Source: Atractiella rhizophila
Lineage: Eukaryota
Assembly (NCBI GenBank): GCA_021432655.1
Contig: MU271414.1
Span: 1-64,000, forward strand
Direction: 5' to 3'
DNA length: 64,000 bases
The first letter of the stretch is position 1. Every line of letters begins with the position of its first letter. The notes below the pieces were generated by a model. It saw only the letters and a program-made list of their open reading frames with translations. It made no database searches and was not told the origin of the DNA. Positions 45,401-58,823 of the stretch are shown here, in pieces. Made by a program: the position numbers and the translations under genes.

Positions 45401-45591
45401 CAGTATGATGCCCTTACCGGGGAAGGGAGACGGAGGTAAGTTTCACTCGCGCGCACTGTTTGTTAGTGACGTTGTCCCAGTCATCCGTTTACAGGATGGA
45501 CTGCTCTTGTATCACTGAGTGCGTGTTTCTTATCTTCCTTGCGGGAGAACTTAGATGTCCTCCAATAGTCATGGCTGAAATGTATGACTGA
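42439..45591 (+). CDS. CWH41: ER processing alpha-glucosidase I (GH63), ~16 exons
   Basis: LFWGTWKPNLYFGMK, TPSRSFFPRGFYW|DEGFH, GWVGREQILGDEARSR, LTSGLDDYPR, YWKGPVW, WEQYD, HPFTGWT. Confidence 0.95.
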
Positions 45592-45712
45592 AAATCGCAT
45601 CTCTGCCCAGTTCAACTTTCGCTCAAGCTTGCTAGAGTATCACAGATTTGAAAATGAATTTATCATCAGAAAATAGATCCCAGTTCGACAAAGATTTCCA
45701 TATCTCCATCGT

Positions 45713-46557
45713 TCAAGCTTGCTTCTTTAGCTCCTCCACAAACCCGGCTAGGTCGTCAAAATACCAATCAACTTCAGTTTCACCTTGCTCCTCCTTCGAT
45801 CGATTGATCCAAGCACTCTTGAGGCCCAACTTATTCGCGGGTTCGTGATCGTGAAAGATACTTTGAGCAGTGACAATTACCTGGGCGATTGTCACTCAGC
45901 TTGTTCCTAACTCTGAGCTATGAACGCACTTCGTGTGGTTCGATGTCCCAAGTCCGTTTTGCATGGTCTAACATGTAGTGGAAGTTCTTCGTGGATGGCT
46001 TATAGCTTCCAATATCCTCTGCAAGCAGCATAGCATCCGGTTGAATTCCAAGTTTAGGCAAGGTGGCAGCGAAAGAAGCTCTGTCTACATTTGAAAGGAT
46101 GACGATCTTGTAATGGTTTTGAAGGAAGCGCAGAGCGTTTGCGGTATCAGGAAAGGGCTCCCAGTTCTTTACGGACGATCCGAAAGCTGCATCTTCTTCT
46201 TTCGTGGTCTGAATACCGTACTTTTCAGCGAGTTGTTTATGACAGAGGGCAAGCACGTCAGAGTACAGCATCGTGGGATCCGCTTTCTGGATGGCCGCTT
46301 CAATTTCGTACATTGGACCTTGTATTTCTTCAGGTGGAGGGAGTATCCCTGGAACCCGGTTCCTTAGCGGTTGTAACGCATTCATCCTACCCGCGTCCCA
46401 CTGCGCCACCATTAGACTGCTTCAACGAGATATGGATGCAACAGACATCGATTAACGTGCCTGCTCGCGGTTAGCTCGAGAAACACCGTGCAGAAGACAC
46501 ACCATAACAGTCAAAAGAGAGCAGCTTGAAGTCTTTTAGATTCGGTTTGTCTCCCAT
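45713..46557 (-). CDS. HAD-superfamily haloacid dehalogenase type II-like, 3 exons
   Basis: LSFDCYG|TLID, FPDTANAL, ILSNVD, GSYKPS, AQSIFHDHEPA. Confidence 0.9.
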
Positions 46558-47491
46558 TCTTTGTGTAAAGTAGCTCGTTAGTGTGGTTGTACAAGTGGTG
46601 CAGTCCAACCTCGTCCTTTAAATGAGAATCGACTGTAAGGGCACAAGCTGTGAGCGCCATGTCTTATTTGCAGCTCTTGTGCAGCTCGAAAATGAATGTG
46701 GGGAAAAGCTGACTCGATGGACTCAACGTGTCAACACTTTAATGAGTACAAGCAGTTAACGCATATTGTTTAGGCTGAGGAGACAGGAGCTCAGTACACT
46801 CAGCTCAGTCTCCCCTTTCAGTTGTGCCATCCACAGTTGAGAACACCAGTAGCATTTGAAAACACAACGTCAAGATAAAGTAAGACAATCTTTGAAATAG
46901 CGACAATTATCTTATTGGTTTATGTGACATCCGCTTGGATTCACGGACGGCAATAAATAATAGATGTTCGTAAACCTTTAACTCAATACACAATACACCA
47001 TCTGTCTAACGTTGCAAAATTATTCAATGGAAGGAGAATGGAATTGGTATGAAAGACGCAGCGACGTCAAGCTCCTCTGACTGGTATTTCTACTGGGATT
47101 TGCAAATGAGCTCTCACCACTAAGAGTGCTCCGTTTCGGTCACAAAAGCAACGTATACACTTTGATGAGGGGCCAAGAACGCTTTCTGTTTCCTTCACTC
47201 TGACTTGTTCTGGCTCCTGACTTGATCCAAGCTTGGTCGTTTCTGATTGCAATTACTTGAACGCGAAATTGACAAACAAGTGCCAAATAGCCCCAACCAG
47301 CTGCACCGATTGTGGATTGTGACATCGTCCACTCTAACCTGGACTCTGACTGCCCTTTAGGAACTGAAGTGCCCAAAATTCCTTATCTACTAACATCTAT
47401 TCTGGTTGGTATTTCTTATGGTGGAGTAATCTTATGAGGTTGACTTGCGATCTGCTGGAAGCGTCGATTCAGAGTTTAGCTACCTTTGATA

Positions 47492-49314
47492 ATGTCGGCA
47501 GGTTATGAGCATGAATTCAAGTGGTGTGTCTATTCATTTATTTATCTCGTGGAGGAGGATATGACGGGGCCCGTGGGACTTAGGGAGACTGACGCCTCAA
47601 CCGTGATCGTGAGTTATGCATGTCTTGCATGACGCGCAAACCAAAGTTTTTTTGCAGGTCACTGGCACCTTTGACGATTGGAAATCGTAAGCTATCCCCT
47701 GAAACAATCTATGCCGCATCATGGCTGACTATTTGCGTAGAACCGTCACATTGGACAAGTTGGAATCTGGCGGATTTTCCAAGAAAGTTACGCTTCCTCA
47801 TAGTACCAAGGTACTCTACAAATACGTGGTGGATGGAGTCTGGAAGCCAAATGATAGTCAGCCAACGGAACGAGACGACAGTGGTAACGTAAACAACGTC
47901 TTCGAAGGTATGTTACTCTTGCTCTTCAGTCCTTGAATTGCCCGTTAACGTTGCCTTTTGCGTACAGTACCTGCTCAAAGCCTCCACATTCCTTCAGTCC
48001 AAGAGGTCGCTGCAGCGGTGCCTGAGCCAGTGGCCAATGTTTTTTCAGCGATAAGTCAAGCTGCAGCAGCAACTGTCGCAGCCATCAGCGGCCCAGCTCC
48101 AATCGACACTCCGGGCTCTGAGAGAACTCCAGATGTGAGCAGGTCTGTTGAGGATTCAAAAATTGCGGCTTATTTTTTCAATAGACCCCGAATGATAATG
48201 AACTCCCAGGAGCATATATTCCTACACCTGCTCTGGAATCTGCCGAATCTGCTTCAAAGCCAGTGATTGAAGTGCGCAAACATGTTCCCCTGATACACCA
48301 TGATCACTGATTGGGAGCATTCTAGGCTGTTCCGGAGCCGACCGATCCCCTGAAAACGTTAGCAGCTCCAGCCATCTCTCCTCCAGACCAGTCCGAGGTT
48401 CTACCTGTGAAAGAAGAAGTAGCGCCTACCCCTGCCTCTGCTCCTACCGAGCCTGCTGTAGAAGACCGCGCACCTCCAGCGGTAGAGCAGGATCCGTTGG
48501 CAGCCTTTGAAGCACCTCCAATCATCCCTCCGGAGCAGGCAGCAGATCTTGTGCCTCCGAAGGAAGAGACGAAAGCGGATGAACCTGCAAGTACTCTAGC
48601 GCCTCCGACGGAGGAGACGAAAACAGACGACGCCTCCGCTCCGCTCGCTTCTCCAGCCACCCTCGCCGCCATCGGTGCCATCACCAATGAGGACTCGTTG
48701 GCACCAACAGAAGCTGCTCCAGCTCAGGAACAGAAGCCAGTCGCCGAGGAGCCGCCTAAGGCTGTTGAGGAACCCGCAAAACCTGCCGTAGAAGCCCCGA
48801 AAGCTGTTGACGAACCACCAAAAGCAGCTGAGGAACCCTCGAAAGTCGCTGAAGAACCACCGAAGATTGCTGAGGAACTTCCAAAAGCTGCTGAAGAACC
48901 CCCGAAAGTACCTGAAGAAGAACCTGCAAAAGCTGCTGAAGAACCTGCAGCAGTTGCTGCACCTGCTCCGGCGGCGGAAGCACCCAAACCAGCGATTGTG
49001 GAACCGAAGGCAGAGGTTCGTCTCCATTTCTGTGCCCTTTGAATTATTGCTGAATTTTCGACCAGGCTGCTGAAGCTTCGAAAGAGGCGAATTCAATCCC
49101 CATGCCCAACGGGAACGAGAAGGAAAAAGAAAAGGATCTTCTGAGCACCAAGTCGGCGGCTCGGAAGAGGAATTCGTCCAGGTTTTCTATCAGGTCAGAA
49201 GCAACGACTGAAGATGGATCGCCCAGGAAGCGGAAGACGAGCATTTTCCAAAAGATTAAGGCTGCTGTTAGTCCTAAGAAGAAGGACAAGGAGAGTAGCA
49301 AACCCACGAACTGA
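47492..49314 (+). CDS. CBM48/AMPK-beta-like glycogen-binding protein (Crp1/Mdg1-like) with a long A/E/P/K-rich tail
   Basis: HEFKW...TVIVTGTFDDW...YKYVVDGVW...ERDDSGNVNN followed by a low-complexity region. Confidence 0.85.
48745..48955 (+). repeat. Coding 21-bp (7-aa) degenerate tandem repeat, consensus EEPPKAA, ~10 copies
   Basis: EEPPKAV EEPAKPA VEAPKAV DEPPKAA EEPSKVA EEPPKIA EELPKAA EEPPKVP (E)EEPAKAA EEPAAVA. Confidence 0.9.
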
Positions 49315-50459
49315 GCGTAAGTTGGAAGTCGATGAATAGACGGCGCTTTGCCTTGGCAGTACCCTGAAACTCGAAATATCGACCGACGATTGGTTTTGGG
49401 TTTGATTTTCCCTATTCCTATTCCAATTTAGTTATTCAGTAATGGAGAAAAGTTGAATATCCAAGTTATACCACAAATTCCCTCCCTCTTCTCCTTCTTT
49501 CTTTACTTTACCTTTCCTGGTGCTTTTTCATGTCACTTTTCACTGGCAGCGCAATTTTCTCAAAGGTTCAGTATACTACAAGTATGTACTGTCTGATATT
49601 TGATGTTTGATGGAAGACTCTGTTCAGGCTTTGTCCCGTTCAGGCTTTGTCCTCCCTACCTGCTGCTTATCGACTCTATGTCATCATCGCCGTGGATGTC
49701 GGTGAATACATGAATCTGGGCCATGCCCGCCATGCCCATGAAGCTCAATGAAAGCCCGAGTTTACCTCCTCCTGGTCAGCGCAACAATCCGGTGTTCATT
49801 TCACCACCTCTCGCCCCCGAAAGGAATAACATCCAATGGATTCAGTTAGGGCCTTCCAAGCCGTCGCTACACAAAGTCTGACATCCGCGGTAACAGCGTC
49901 TGATATGTTCGTTATCCTTCCGCTAATTTTAGGTTGCCGTCTTCCTACTCTGCAAGGCTCCTCAGCGCAAAACACTGTATCAATATAGTATTGGAGTTAG
50001 GACCTGAGTATGGAAAGTCTTTGATCAAGATGAGCTGCTACTGGCTGACTTCGAGCGAACTGAAACATCAAGACAGCGCCACAAGGGAAACGTCAAGTCC
50101 CACGGGAACAAGATTCAATCCTGCAGAGTTGAAAGATCCGCTGGTCAAAAAAAATTGTAAAATCCTTTGTATCAGGCCGTATTGAATTTCAGCTTGGCTT
50201 GCCAATGGCGTGGTCACCAGGCACGGGAGAGAACACGAGAACCAAACAAAATCCGGAGGCAGCTGTCGTGAAGTATGGGTTACGTAACCTAATTATAAAA
50301 AGACAGTTTAGACACCTGGAGTTTACCCAGATAGTAACAGAACAGCGCATTCAATAAAAGCTTCACACGACCACCTTCTTTTCCCCTTTCAGCTCTTCAG
50401 CCTCACCTCCCTCAGCATCCATTATTAGTCTGTCTGCTATCAGTTCATGCTGAGGCGCC

Positions 50460-52527
50460 ATGTTCTCTGTTCCGAGTTCCCTGCTGAGAAGTAACCCCCT
50501 GACGAATGCTCCGAGGATCTTAGTCGCAATCCTTTCCAGGGTCATCTACACTTTTCTCAACGGCAGATCAGTATGGCGGTGGTTGTTGGCTCTCATAGGT
50601 ATGTGTCTTCCCCTTCCTCCTTCCTTCCGTTTGCCACTTTTCTCTGTGTCGTCACTTTTTCGTCGGATGCTTGTGCGTACGTAGACAGCACGGCACCGTT
50701 CCAATTTTCGAGAAGAGAGGCAAGACCGAGCAAGGTGCAAGCCATCGTCAAGGCTCAAGGCTGAAACCACTTCATTCCATGGAGCGAGGACATTTCAGCG
50801 AAGCAGTCTTCGCACATCCATTCATCGCCAGGCGGTGGTCCGGATCGTCATCCGCAGGAGCTTGCCCTGTCATTACCGTTGAACCCACGAAGCGAGTGCC
50901 AGAAGGACTTTTCCGAAGGATTCTTGCTGAGCTGAGGAGAGCAGGCGGAATGGCTGACTTGATTTGTTGTGTGTAGGAGGAGCATGGCCACCTTTTCTCT
51001 GGACGCTATCTTTCAAGCAGGCAAAACACATTCCTTTAGAATGGCGACCTCCTGTTCGTCCTTCCTTGCCTCTCCTCTTCCTTCGTCACTGATCTGAGAA
51101 CGAATGCCTCATAGATCCACGCCGACCTTCTATATTACCTCAACCAAAATCTCATATCCCCACTAGGGCTCTGCATCCTCACATTAATCCTCATCCCGCT
51201 CTCCCAACTTGTTATTTACTTCCACTCATCTGCTTGGTCTCGCTATCCCGATAAATCGTCGTATTATGCTTGTGCAGCAGTGAATCGGCTCGATAATAGA
51301 CAGCAGGTAGATTCGGGAGACCAAAGGATGGATGGATCATGGGGAGAGGAGGCCGAGAAGGAGAACGGGAGGGGCGATGACAGAGAGCAGGATTGGAAGG
51401 AGAGGACGAAGACCGGGTTCATCTATTCTTGTGCCATCGTCTGTTTTCCCACAGCCTTGGGATTCTGTCATTGGCTCGCGCACAGGGGAATCGTACGTCC
51501 TCGATCTTTTTCAGACAGAAAGTCTCAATGCGGATGATAGACTGACTTTAAAGACATCTGTGCCTTCGCCACTTATGGAGGTGAGCTTGCTGCTCCCCAT
51601 CTTTCCGAAATAGTCCCTCACTTCCCTTTAATATGCAGCTCTCCACTTTGCCTCTCCGTTCTTAGCAGGATTCTGGCTTTGGGGTTTCGCCCCACAAGGG
51701 ATAGCGAAGACATTCGGCTACTGTTTGGGAGCTCAAAACTTGGCGGGACTGATTACCCATCTGCTCTTCCCTACGGCGGCGCCATGGTGCGCTTTCATCC
51801 ATCTTGACTTGGTTCTTTAGGGGATCTGACGAAAGTGACAGGTTCTTCGACGTCTACGGACCACCTGGCATCCATCCGCCTGCCAACTACGAAGACTTCC
51901 CTGGCAATCCAGCTGGATTGATCCGAGTAGATGACATCCTTGGCACGTCGCTGTACAGGAAGGCATTCAAGAAATCGCCCGTCGTGTTTGGCGCCATCCC
52001 TTCCCTTCATGCTGCCACAGCGGTTTGCTTCGCCCTCTTCGTCGGACGCTATTGTCGATGGAGGGGACGCTTGGTCATGACTATTTATACTCTGTGGATG
52101 TTCTGGTCCACCATGTATCTCCATCATCAGTCAGTCTTCTCGCACATTCCGCCCATCCATCCACCCCTATTTATCCGTCTTACACGTGGAAGTGGGCTGA
52201 TGTATGCGTGATAGTTTCGCCATCGACCTCCTCTTCGGCACTTTCTACTCCCTAACAGCATTCATGGTCGCCTACCTCCGAGTCCTACGAGATATAGATC
52301 AACGGCATTATGATGAGGCTCTCACGACTGCTTGGGAACGTCTCTGGTATGGTCGTCGAGATGGCGATCGCCTAGTCCCCAGTCGAAGCAGCGCTTCCAT
52401 GTCTCCCTCCTCCTCAAGCGAGGACGAGAAGTCATACGGTGCGGTGCCCATGATTCCTACTCCTCAGATCGTGATCCAGGGAGGAGGAGACTGGAACAAC
52501 GTCGAGGTACAAGTGAAGGATGGCTGA
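50460..52527 (+). CDS. IPT1: Inositolphosphotransferase (Ipt1/Aur1 PAP2-like family), closer to Ipt1
   Basis: LNGRS...PFLWTLSFKQAKHIPLEWRPP|IH, GAQNLAGLITHLLFPTAAPW, AGLIRVDDILGT, SPVVFGAIPSLH, WSTMYLHHH. Confidence 0.8.
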
Positions 52528-52948
52528 GAAGCGCATTTTCGATACCTAGATGTCGACGGTAGTGTTGGTTAGGTGATATACAAAAGGTTCGACTGCATGG
52601 CCAGATTTTCCCTTCTGCCAGTTGTTTAAGAGGTGCATTTTGGGTTTTGTTCGTCAGTCAGTCCAACGGATCGCAGATCGGTCCTGTCAGCTCTCTCTCA
52701 TATCACTCATGATACATTTCGGACTCGCCGGAGTAGTGGTTCTGTGCCTGATCTTCGCTCTTCACTCCTCGCCTTAAGTAGTTTAGTCTTTTCTGGCTTC
52801 TCCATTTGCATGAAGGGAACGGTTCATCCATCCATTTCGAAGGCATATGAACTTATTAAACGATTTGTATCATTATAATTCCCTTCGGTCATCTGTATAA
52901 TTCGTTAAGTACAGCTCAACTAACCAATCGAATATCAAATTCGGATGA

Positions 52949-54102
52949 TCACTCTGGAGAAGGGGTTGGCGTTGAGGACGGTGGCGGCGGAGTCCTTGGT
53001 CGCACGTGTATCCATGATTTTCTCGTGTCTTGCTGCCGCGACATCTCATCCCTAAACTCCCTCTCTTCCCTCTCAGAAAGCCTCTTGAAACCAAGCCAGG
53101 AATATCCCTCTTCCTCTTCTCTCTTGGACGGATTCCGTCGCGTCGACCAGTTCCAAACGACCTGTGTCACGCCCGCGAAACCTGAAAGGAAAAATCCTCC
53201 CCTCACGCCTTTTGACACTCCGCCTACATGATAAACAGTTGAGCGACAAGTACGCAAAGTGAGGGAGGGAAGACGTACGACCAATGCCATTGAGGAAGAA
53301 GCCAGTGAGGAAACCGGCGACGAGTGAGGGATGTGCATTGTGAAGAAGGGAGTCAGGAGGAGGCGGATGTGGGAGGACATGGTGTGAAAGGGGTTGTGCT
53401 ATAAAATTTCGGGTGCCTGCAAATGGACTGGCCTTAGTAGTGTCCATACGTTTCAGAAGCCTACCTCTGGAGGGAAATTGTCAATGGATCTGCTTGTGCA
53501 CCAAGCTATTTGTGAAGCAGCTTTTGCGCTCTGATTATCAACAAACGCAATCCAAAATGTTGGTATACTTGAAAGTTATTCAAGTTCATTTTCACGCTGA
53601 TATATGTACAAAGTCTTCCATACCAACCGTGCCACTGCAAACACCAGGGGAGGCGGTGGACCTCCAAGCTGATACGGGACGCACGACCCAAAGAGATAAA
53701 AGGCATGAATGGTGAGCTCTGTTTGAGCATAGACACAAGTAGTTTCGAAACATTGTTTGTAGGCCCGTTCGAATCTTTGCTACTGGCAAGAGCTAGAGTG
53801 TGCATTCTGCAAGTTTTGACACACTCGCGTTTCCAAGCAAAAGAGTAGAGCCACACTGTCTCGAGAGCAAACTAGACCATAACCCATCCGAGGAAATACT
53901 TACAGAAGAATACAGCACCAGTAACACCAAATTTGAATCCCAAATCAATCGCTGCCTCTGGGATTCCCACACCAGCCGTGCTAGCTAGCCCTCTAAAGGC
54001 GCCGAGTGAAGCACCCAGTGCAGAAGAAGCAACTGCGCCCTTTGCAGCCCTCCAACCTGCATCCCCAAAGTCGTATTTCTCGTCTGGCGTTGGCGTATCC
54101 AT
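52949..54102 (-). CDS. Tim17/Tim22/Tim23-family-like small membrane protein, 3 exons, with a 487-nt first intron
   Basis: Gly/Ala-rich TM helices: GAVASSALGASLGAFRG, FGVTGAVFF|CTRNFIAQPL, SLVAGFLTGFFLNGI|GGVSKGVRGG. The splice phases are consistent. Confidence 0.6.
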
Positions 54103-54266
54103 TTGCTGGTTTGGTTAATGCATGTTGATGTCTCAACTGGTCGGAAAAGGATATTCAACTTCTACTCGACCAAGAGTTGCTGCAACACCTGCTGGGTCCA
54201 TCGTGTGCCTTACAGCTTACTAGATTCTCTTTTTTTGGTTATTGATTTGTACTTCTTGGATACTAC

Positions 54267-56501
54267 ATGGTTATCATATCAGAGCTCAAAGAACTTGCAC
54301 AAAGGGATCGTCCGACGTCTCCAACTCCCAACAAGAAAACACGGTTGAAGGTGGTGCAGAATACACCACAGAAGCGAAAAGCGTCGGTTGAATTAGGAGC
54401 TGAAAGTTCAGAGAAACGGTGCGTTGTCCATCCATACCGGTGCTTGTGGACTTTTGGGGTCTCACATTGAAACCATCTTCTTTGTGGACCTGCAGCACGC
54501 GCATCGATTCTTCATCCTCAAATCGATGCGTCACGCCTCCTCCAGCTCCTTCTCTTCTGTCCGTTCCGCGCACACCGGAGACAGTACACCCTAGCTCGTT
54601 CTCAATTCTGGAGCTGGACTCTGGTTCCGACGCCGAAGATGAACCTACAACAACCACAAAAGCAGAAGATGTATTTTCTGCTCCTTCTACACCTAGAAAG
54701 CCGACATCTCCAGCTGTCATCAGAGCTATCCCAGGTTCTCCACTCGCAGTCAGTTTGGAGAAAACCATGAGGAAGAGGGAGAGGACGAAGAGTGGCCTGG
54801 CCGGTGGAAAGAACCTTTTAGAGGAGTTTCAGAGAGAGAAGGAGAGAGAAGATCCACTTCAGTCTCCATCAAAGAAGCAGCGAATGACGCCTCACATGGT
54901 CAAGACACCAAAAAAGGAAACTGCCCCGGAAGCAGATGCTATCGTCGAGCTTCCAGAAAGTTGTCAATCGCTACTCACTTTATATAACGGCCTCGAGCGC
55001 GCCATCCTCGTCCGACTTGCTACCACCACATCTTTCCCTGCCCCTTCCAAGATCCAGAACCCATCTACGAACTCTGTGACGCTACAAATCCACAATTTAG
55101 TCACCTACAGTGCTATAAAGCAAGATGTCGAAAGAGCGAGTGGGAAGAAGTTCAGCTTGGAGCAATTGGAGCGGCTAGTTTGGGTTTGGGAAGGAGGGAG
55201 GCAGAATGAAACTCGAGAGGATAAAGATCGAGGAGGGATGGGATGGATAATAAGCAAAACGAAAGAGTTAGGGTTGGATGGTAAACAGGTCTTCTCTTGG
55301 GGAATCGGCATCCAACTCGAAATCAGGATCAACCCCTCTTTACCAACCTTTGAGCTAGCTGGTGAGGACGAAGAGCTCTTTTCTGGATTGGGATCCCGGA
55401 ATGAGATTGACAGCCTCAAGGGGTCGAATTTGATTGCGCTTTGGAGCAAAGAGTTGGAAAGGAGGAAGAATCTATTTCGAAAGAAGCTTCAAAGGTGGAT
55501 CACTGATGAGACGAACCGGTATACCACTTCTTCCGCACTAGAGCAAGATTACGATCGCCCAGTTTCTCCTACAACTTTTATGACACCGAAAAAGTCCCGC
55601 TTTGCAGAGGACGCCATACCGTTTCCCACGCCGGTCAGCAAGCACAAGTCATCTTCTTCGATGGATCACTCGCCTTTCATCCTGCCTTCCATCCCACGCG
55701 CTCACCTTCCTTCATTGGTTGGCAAAGCAAAACCCTCCACTCCGTCCTTCAAACGGCAGGCAGCCCAAACCCCGACCTCCGCGAGCCGAGAAGGGAAGCA
55801 AGACCTCGTTGGCTTAGGCCTGGCTGGACTTTACAACGGAGAGGTGAAGGTGAGGGAAAGAAAGGGTAGTACGAAGGATCGTCAGAAGAGTTTGATGGAG
55901 CGCATTAAGGCGAAGGAAGAAAAGATGGAAAGCAATCTCCTTCTTTTTCCGAATGCAGCAGGAGCCGAGGGATTGACTCCCGGAGAAAGAAAGAAGAAAG
56001 AAAAGGAGCTGTTAAAGAGGAGGAGCCTCTTGAGTCGCCTTTCAGATGTTGCAGATGGCGTATCAATGTGCGTTTTCTTTTTTTTCCTTAGTTTCAACAC
56101 CGTGGCTGACTTTGCTTCTCACAAGGCTCTTCAACAATGCACATCTCGCCTCTTCAGTGACTCGAAGCCCGAAATCTCCCTCTACTCCTTCTTCCGGATC
56201 AAAAAAGAAAGCGATCCCACTGGATGAGGTTGCAGGAGCGATATCGAAGAGTGCGAAGATCTCTCTTTCGAAAGCTGAATCGTTGGAAGCCGTCCAACTG
56301 CTCGCTGAAATCTCTCCAAGCTTCGTACAGATCAGGATTATTGATAAACGGGAGTGGGTGAGCGTTTCCGTCCGACCTGCTGGCGTGGAAGGAAACCGTA
56401 TTTTGGCCTCTCCATCAAAGAGCGTGAGCACACCTTTGAAGGATGCAAAGAGAAAGATCAAGGAAGAGTTAGATAAACCTGGTTATAGCTTGAGCCTCTG
56501 A
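54267..56501 (+). CDS. CDT1: Cdt1-like DNA replication licensing factor, copy 1 (3 exons)
   Basis: S/TP-rich N-terminus; LPESCQSLLTLYNGLERAIL middle domain; C-terminal winged-helix-like AIPLDEVAGAISKS...LSKAESLEAVQLLAEISPSFV. Confidence 0.7.
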
Positions 56502-56587
56502 ATTCCCTTCACAACTGGTCCTTCTGGCTTTCTTCCTTAATTTTGATTTGTCATTTGAGTTGATGATTTGTACTTCTTGGATACTAC

Positions 56588-58823
56588 ATGGTTATCATAT
56601 CAGAGCTCAAAGAACTTGCACAAAGGGATCGTCCGACGTCTCCAACTCCCAACAAGAAGACACGGTTGAAGGTGGTGCAGAATACACCACAGAAGCGAAA
56701 AGCGTCGGTTGAATTAGGAGCTGAAAGTTCAGAGAAACGGTGCGTTGTCTATCCATACCGGTGCTTGTGGACTTTTGGGGTCTCACATTGAAACCATCTT
56801 CTTTGTGGACCTGCAGCACGCGCATCGATTCTTCATCCTCGAATCGATGCGTCACGCCTCCCCCAGCTCCTTCTCTTCTGTCCGTTCCTCGCACACCGGA
56901 GACAGTACATCCTAGCTCGTTCTCAATTCTGGAGCTGGACTCTGCTTCCGACGCGGAAGATGAAGCTACAGCAACGGCAAAAGCAGATGATGTATTTTCT
57001 GCTCCGTCTACGCCCAGAAAGCCGACATCACCAGCTGTCATCAGAGCCATCCCAGGTTCCCCACTCGCAGTCAGTTTGGAGAAAACCATGAGGAAGAGGG
57101 AGAGGACGAAGAGCGGCCTAGCCGGTGGAAAGAACCTTTTGGAGGAGTTTCAGAGAGAGAAGGAGAGAGAAGACCCGCTTCAGTCTCCATCAAAGAAGCA
57201 ACGAATAACGCCTCACATGGTCAAGACACCAAAAAAGGAAACTGCCCCGGAAGAAGATACCATAGTCGAGCTTCCAGAAAGTTGTCAATCGCTGCTCACT
57301 TTATATAACGGCCTCGAGCGATCTATCCTCGTCCGACTTGCTACCACCACATCTTTCCCTGCCCCTTCCAAGGTCCAGAACCCATCCACGAACTCTGTGA
57401 CGCTACAAATCCACAATTTGGTCACCTACAGTGCTATAAAGCAAGATGTCGAAAGAGCGAGTGGGAAGAAGTTCAGCTTGGAGCAATTGGAGCGGCTAGT
57501 TTGGGTTTGGGAAGGAGGGAGGCAGAATGAAACTCGAGAGGATAAAGATCGAGGAGGGATGGGATGGATAATAAGCAAAACGAAAGAGTTAGGGTTGGAT
57601 GGTAAACAGGTCTTCTCTTGGGGAATCGGCATCCAACTCGAAATCAGGATCAACCCCTCTTTACCAACCTTTGAGCTAGCTGGTGAGGACGAAGAGCTCT
57701 TTTCTGGATTGGGATCCCGGAATGAGATTGACAGCCTCAAGGGGTCGAATTTGATTGCGCTTTGGAGCAAAGAGTTGGAAAGGAGGAAGAATCTATTTCG
57801 AAAGAAGCTTCAAAGGTGGATCACTGATGAGACGAACCGGTATACCACTTCTTCCGCACTAGAGCAAGATTACGATCGCCCAGTTTCTCCTACAACTTTT
57901 ATGACACCGAAAAAGTCCCGCTTTGCAGAGGACGCCATACCGTTTCCCACGCCGGTCAGCAAGCACAAGTCATCTTCTTCGATGGATCACTCGCCTTTCA
58001 TCCTGCCTTCCATCCCACGCGCTCACCTTCCTTCATTGGTTGGCAAAGCAAAACCCTCCACTCCGTCCTTCAAACGGCAGGCAGCCCAAACCCCGACCTC
58101 CGCGAGCCGAGAAGGGAAGCAAGACCTCGTTGGCTTAGGCCTGGCTGGACTTTACAACGGAGAGGTGAAGGTGAGGGAAAGAAAGGGTAGTACGAAGGAT
58201 CGTCAGAAGAGTTTGATGGAGCGCATTAAGGCGAAGGAAGAAAAGATGGAAAGCAATCTCCTTCTTTTTCCGAATGCAGCAGGAGCCGAGGGATTGACTC
58301 CTGGGGAAAGAAAGAAGAAAGAAAAGGAGCTGTTAAAGAGGAGGAGCCTCTTGAGTCGCCTTTCAGATGTTGCAGATGGCGTGTCAATGTGCGTTTTCTT
58401 TTTTTTCCCTTAGTTTCAACACCGTGGCTGACTTTGCTTCTCACAAGGCTCTTCAACAATGCACATCTCGCCTCTTCAGTGACTCGAAGCCCAAAGTCTC
58501 CCTCTACTCCTTCTTCCGGATCAAAAAAGAAAGCGATCCCACTGGATGAAGTTGCAGGAGCGATATCGAAGAGTGCCAAGATCTCTCTTTCGAAAGCTGA
58601 ATCGTTGGAAGCCGTCCAACTGCTCGCTGAAATCTCTCCAAGCTTCGTACAGATCAGAATTATTGATAAGCGGGAGTGGGTGAGCGTTTCCGTCCGATCT
58701 GCTGGCGTGGAAGGAAACAGTATTTTGGCCTCTCCATCAAAGAGCGTGAGCACACCTTTGAAGGATGCAAAGAGAAAGATCAAGGAAGAGTTGGATAAAC
58801 CTGGTTATAGCTTGAGCCTCTGA
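56588..58823 (+). CDS. CDT1: Cdt1-like DNA replication licensing factor, copy 2 (3 exons)
   Basis: Near-identical to copy 1 with an intact frame. Confidence 0.68.

Noticed and set aside
49622..49652. 16-bp direct repeat GTTCAGGCTTTGTCC(C) and other short duplications (8056, 59262)
   Set aside because: These are isolated slippage-type duplications without spacers; they are not CRISPR arrays or element ends.
33332..52527. DES1 and Ipt1-like genes as a sphingolipid cluster
   Set aside because: They are about 16 kb apart with unrelated housekeeping genes between, which is compatible with chance.
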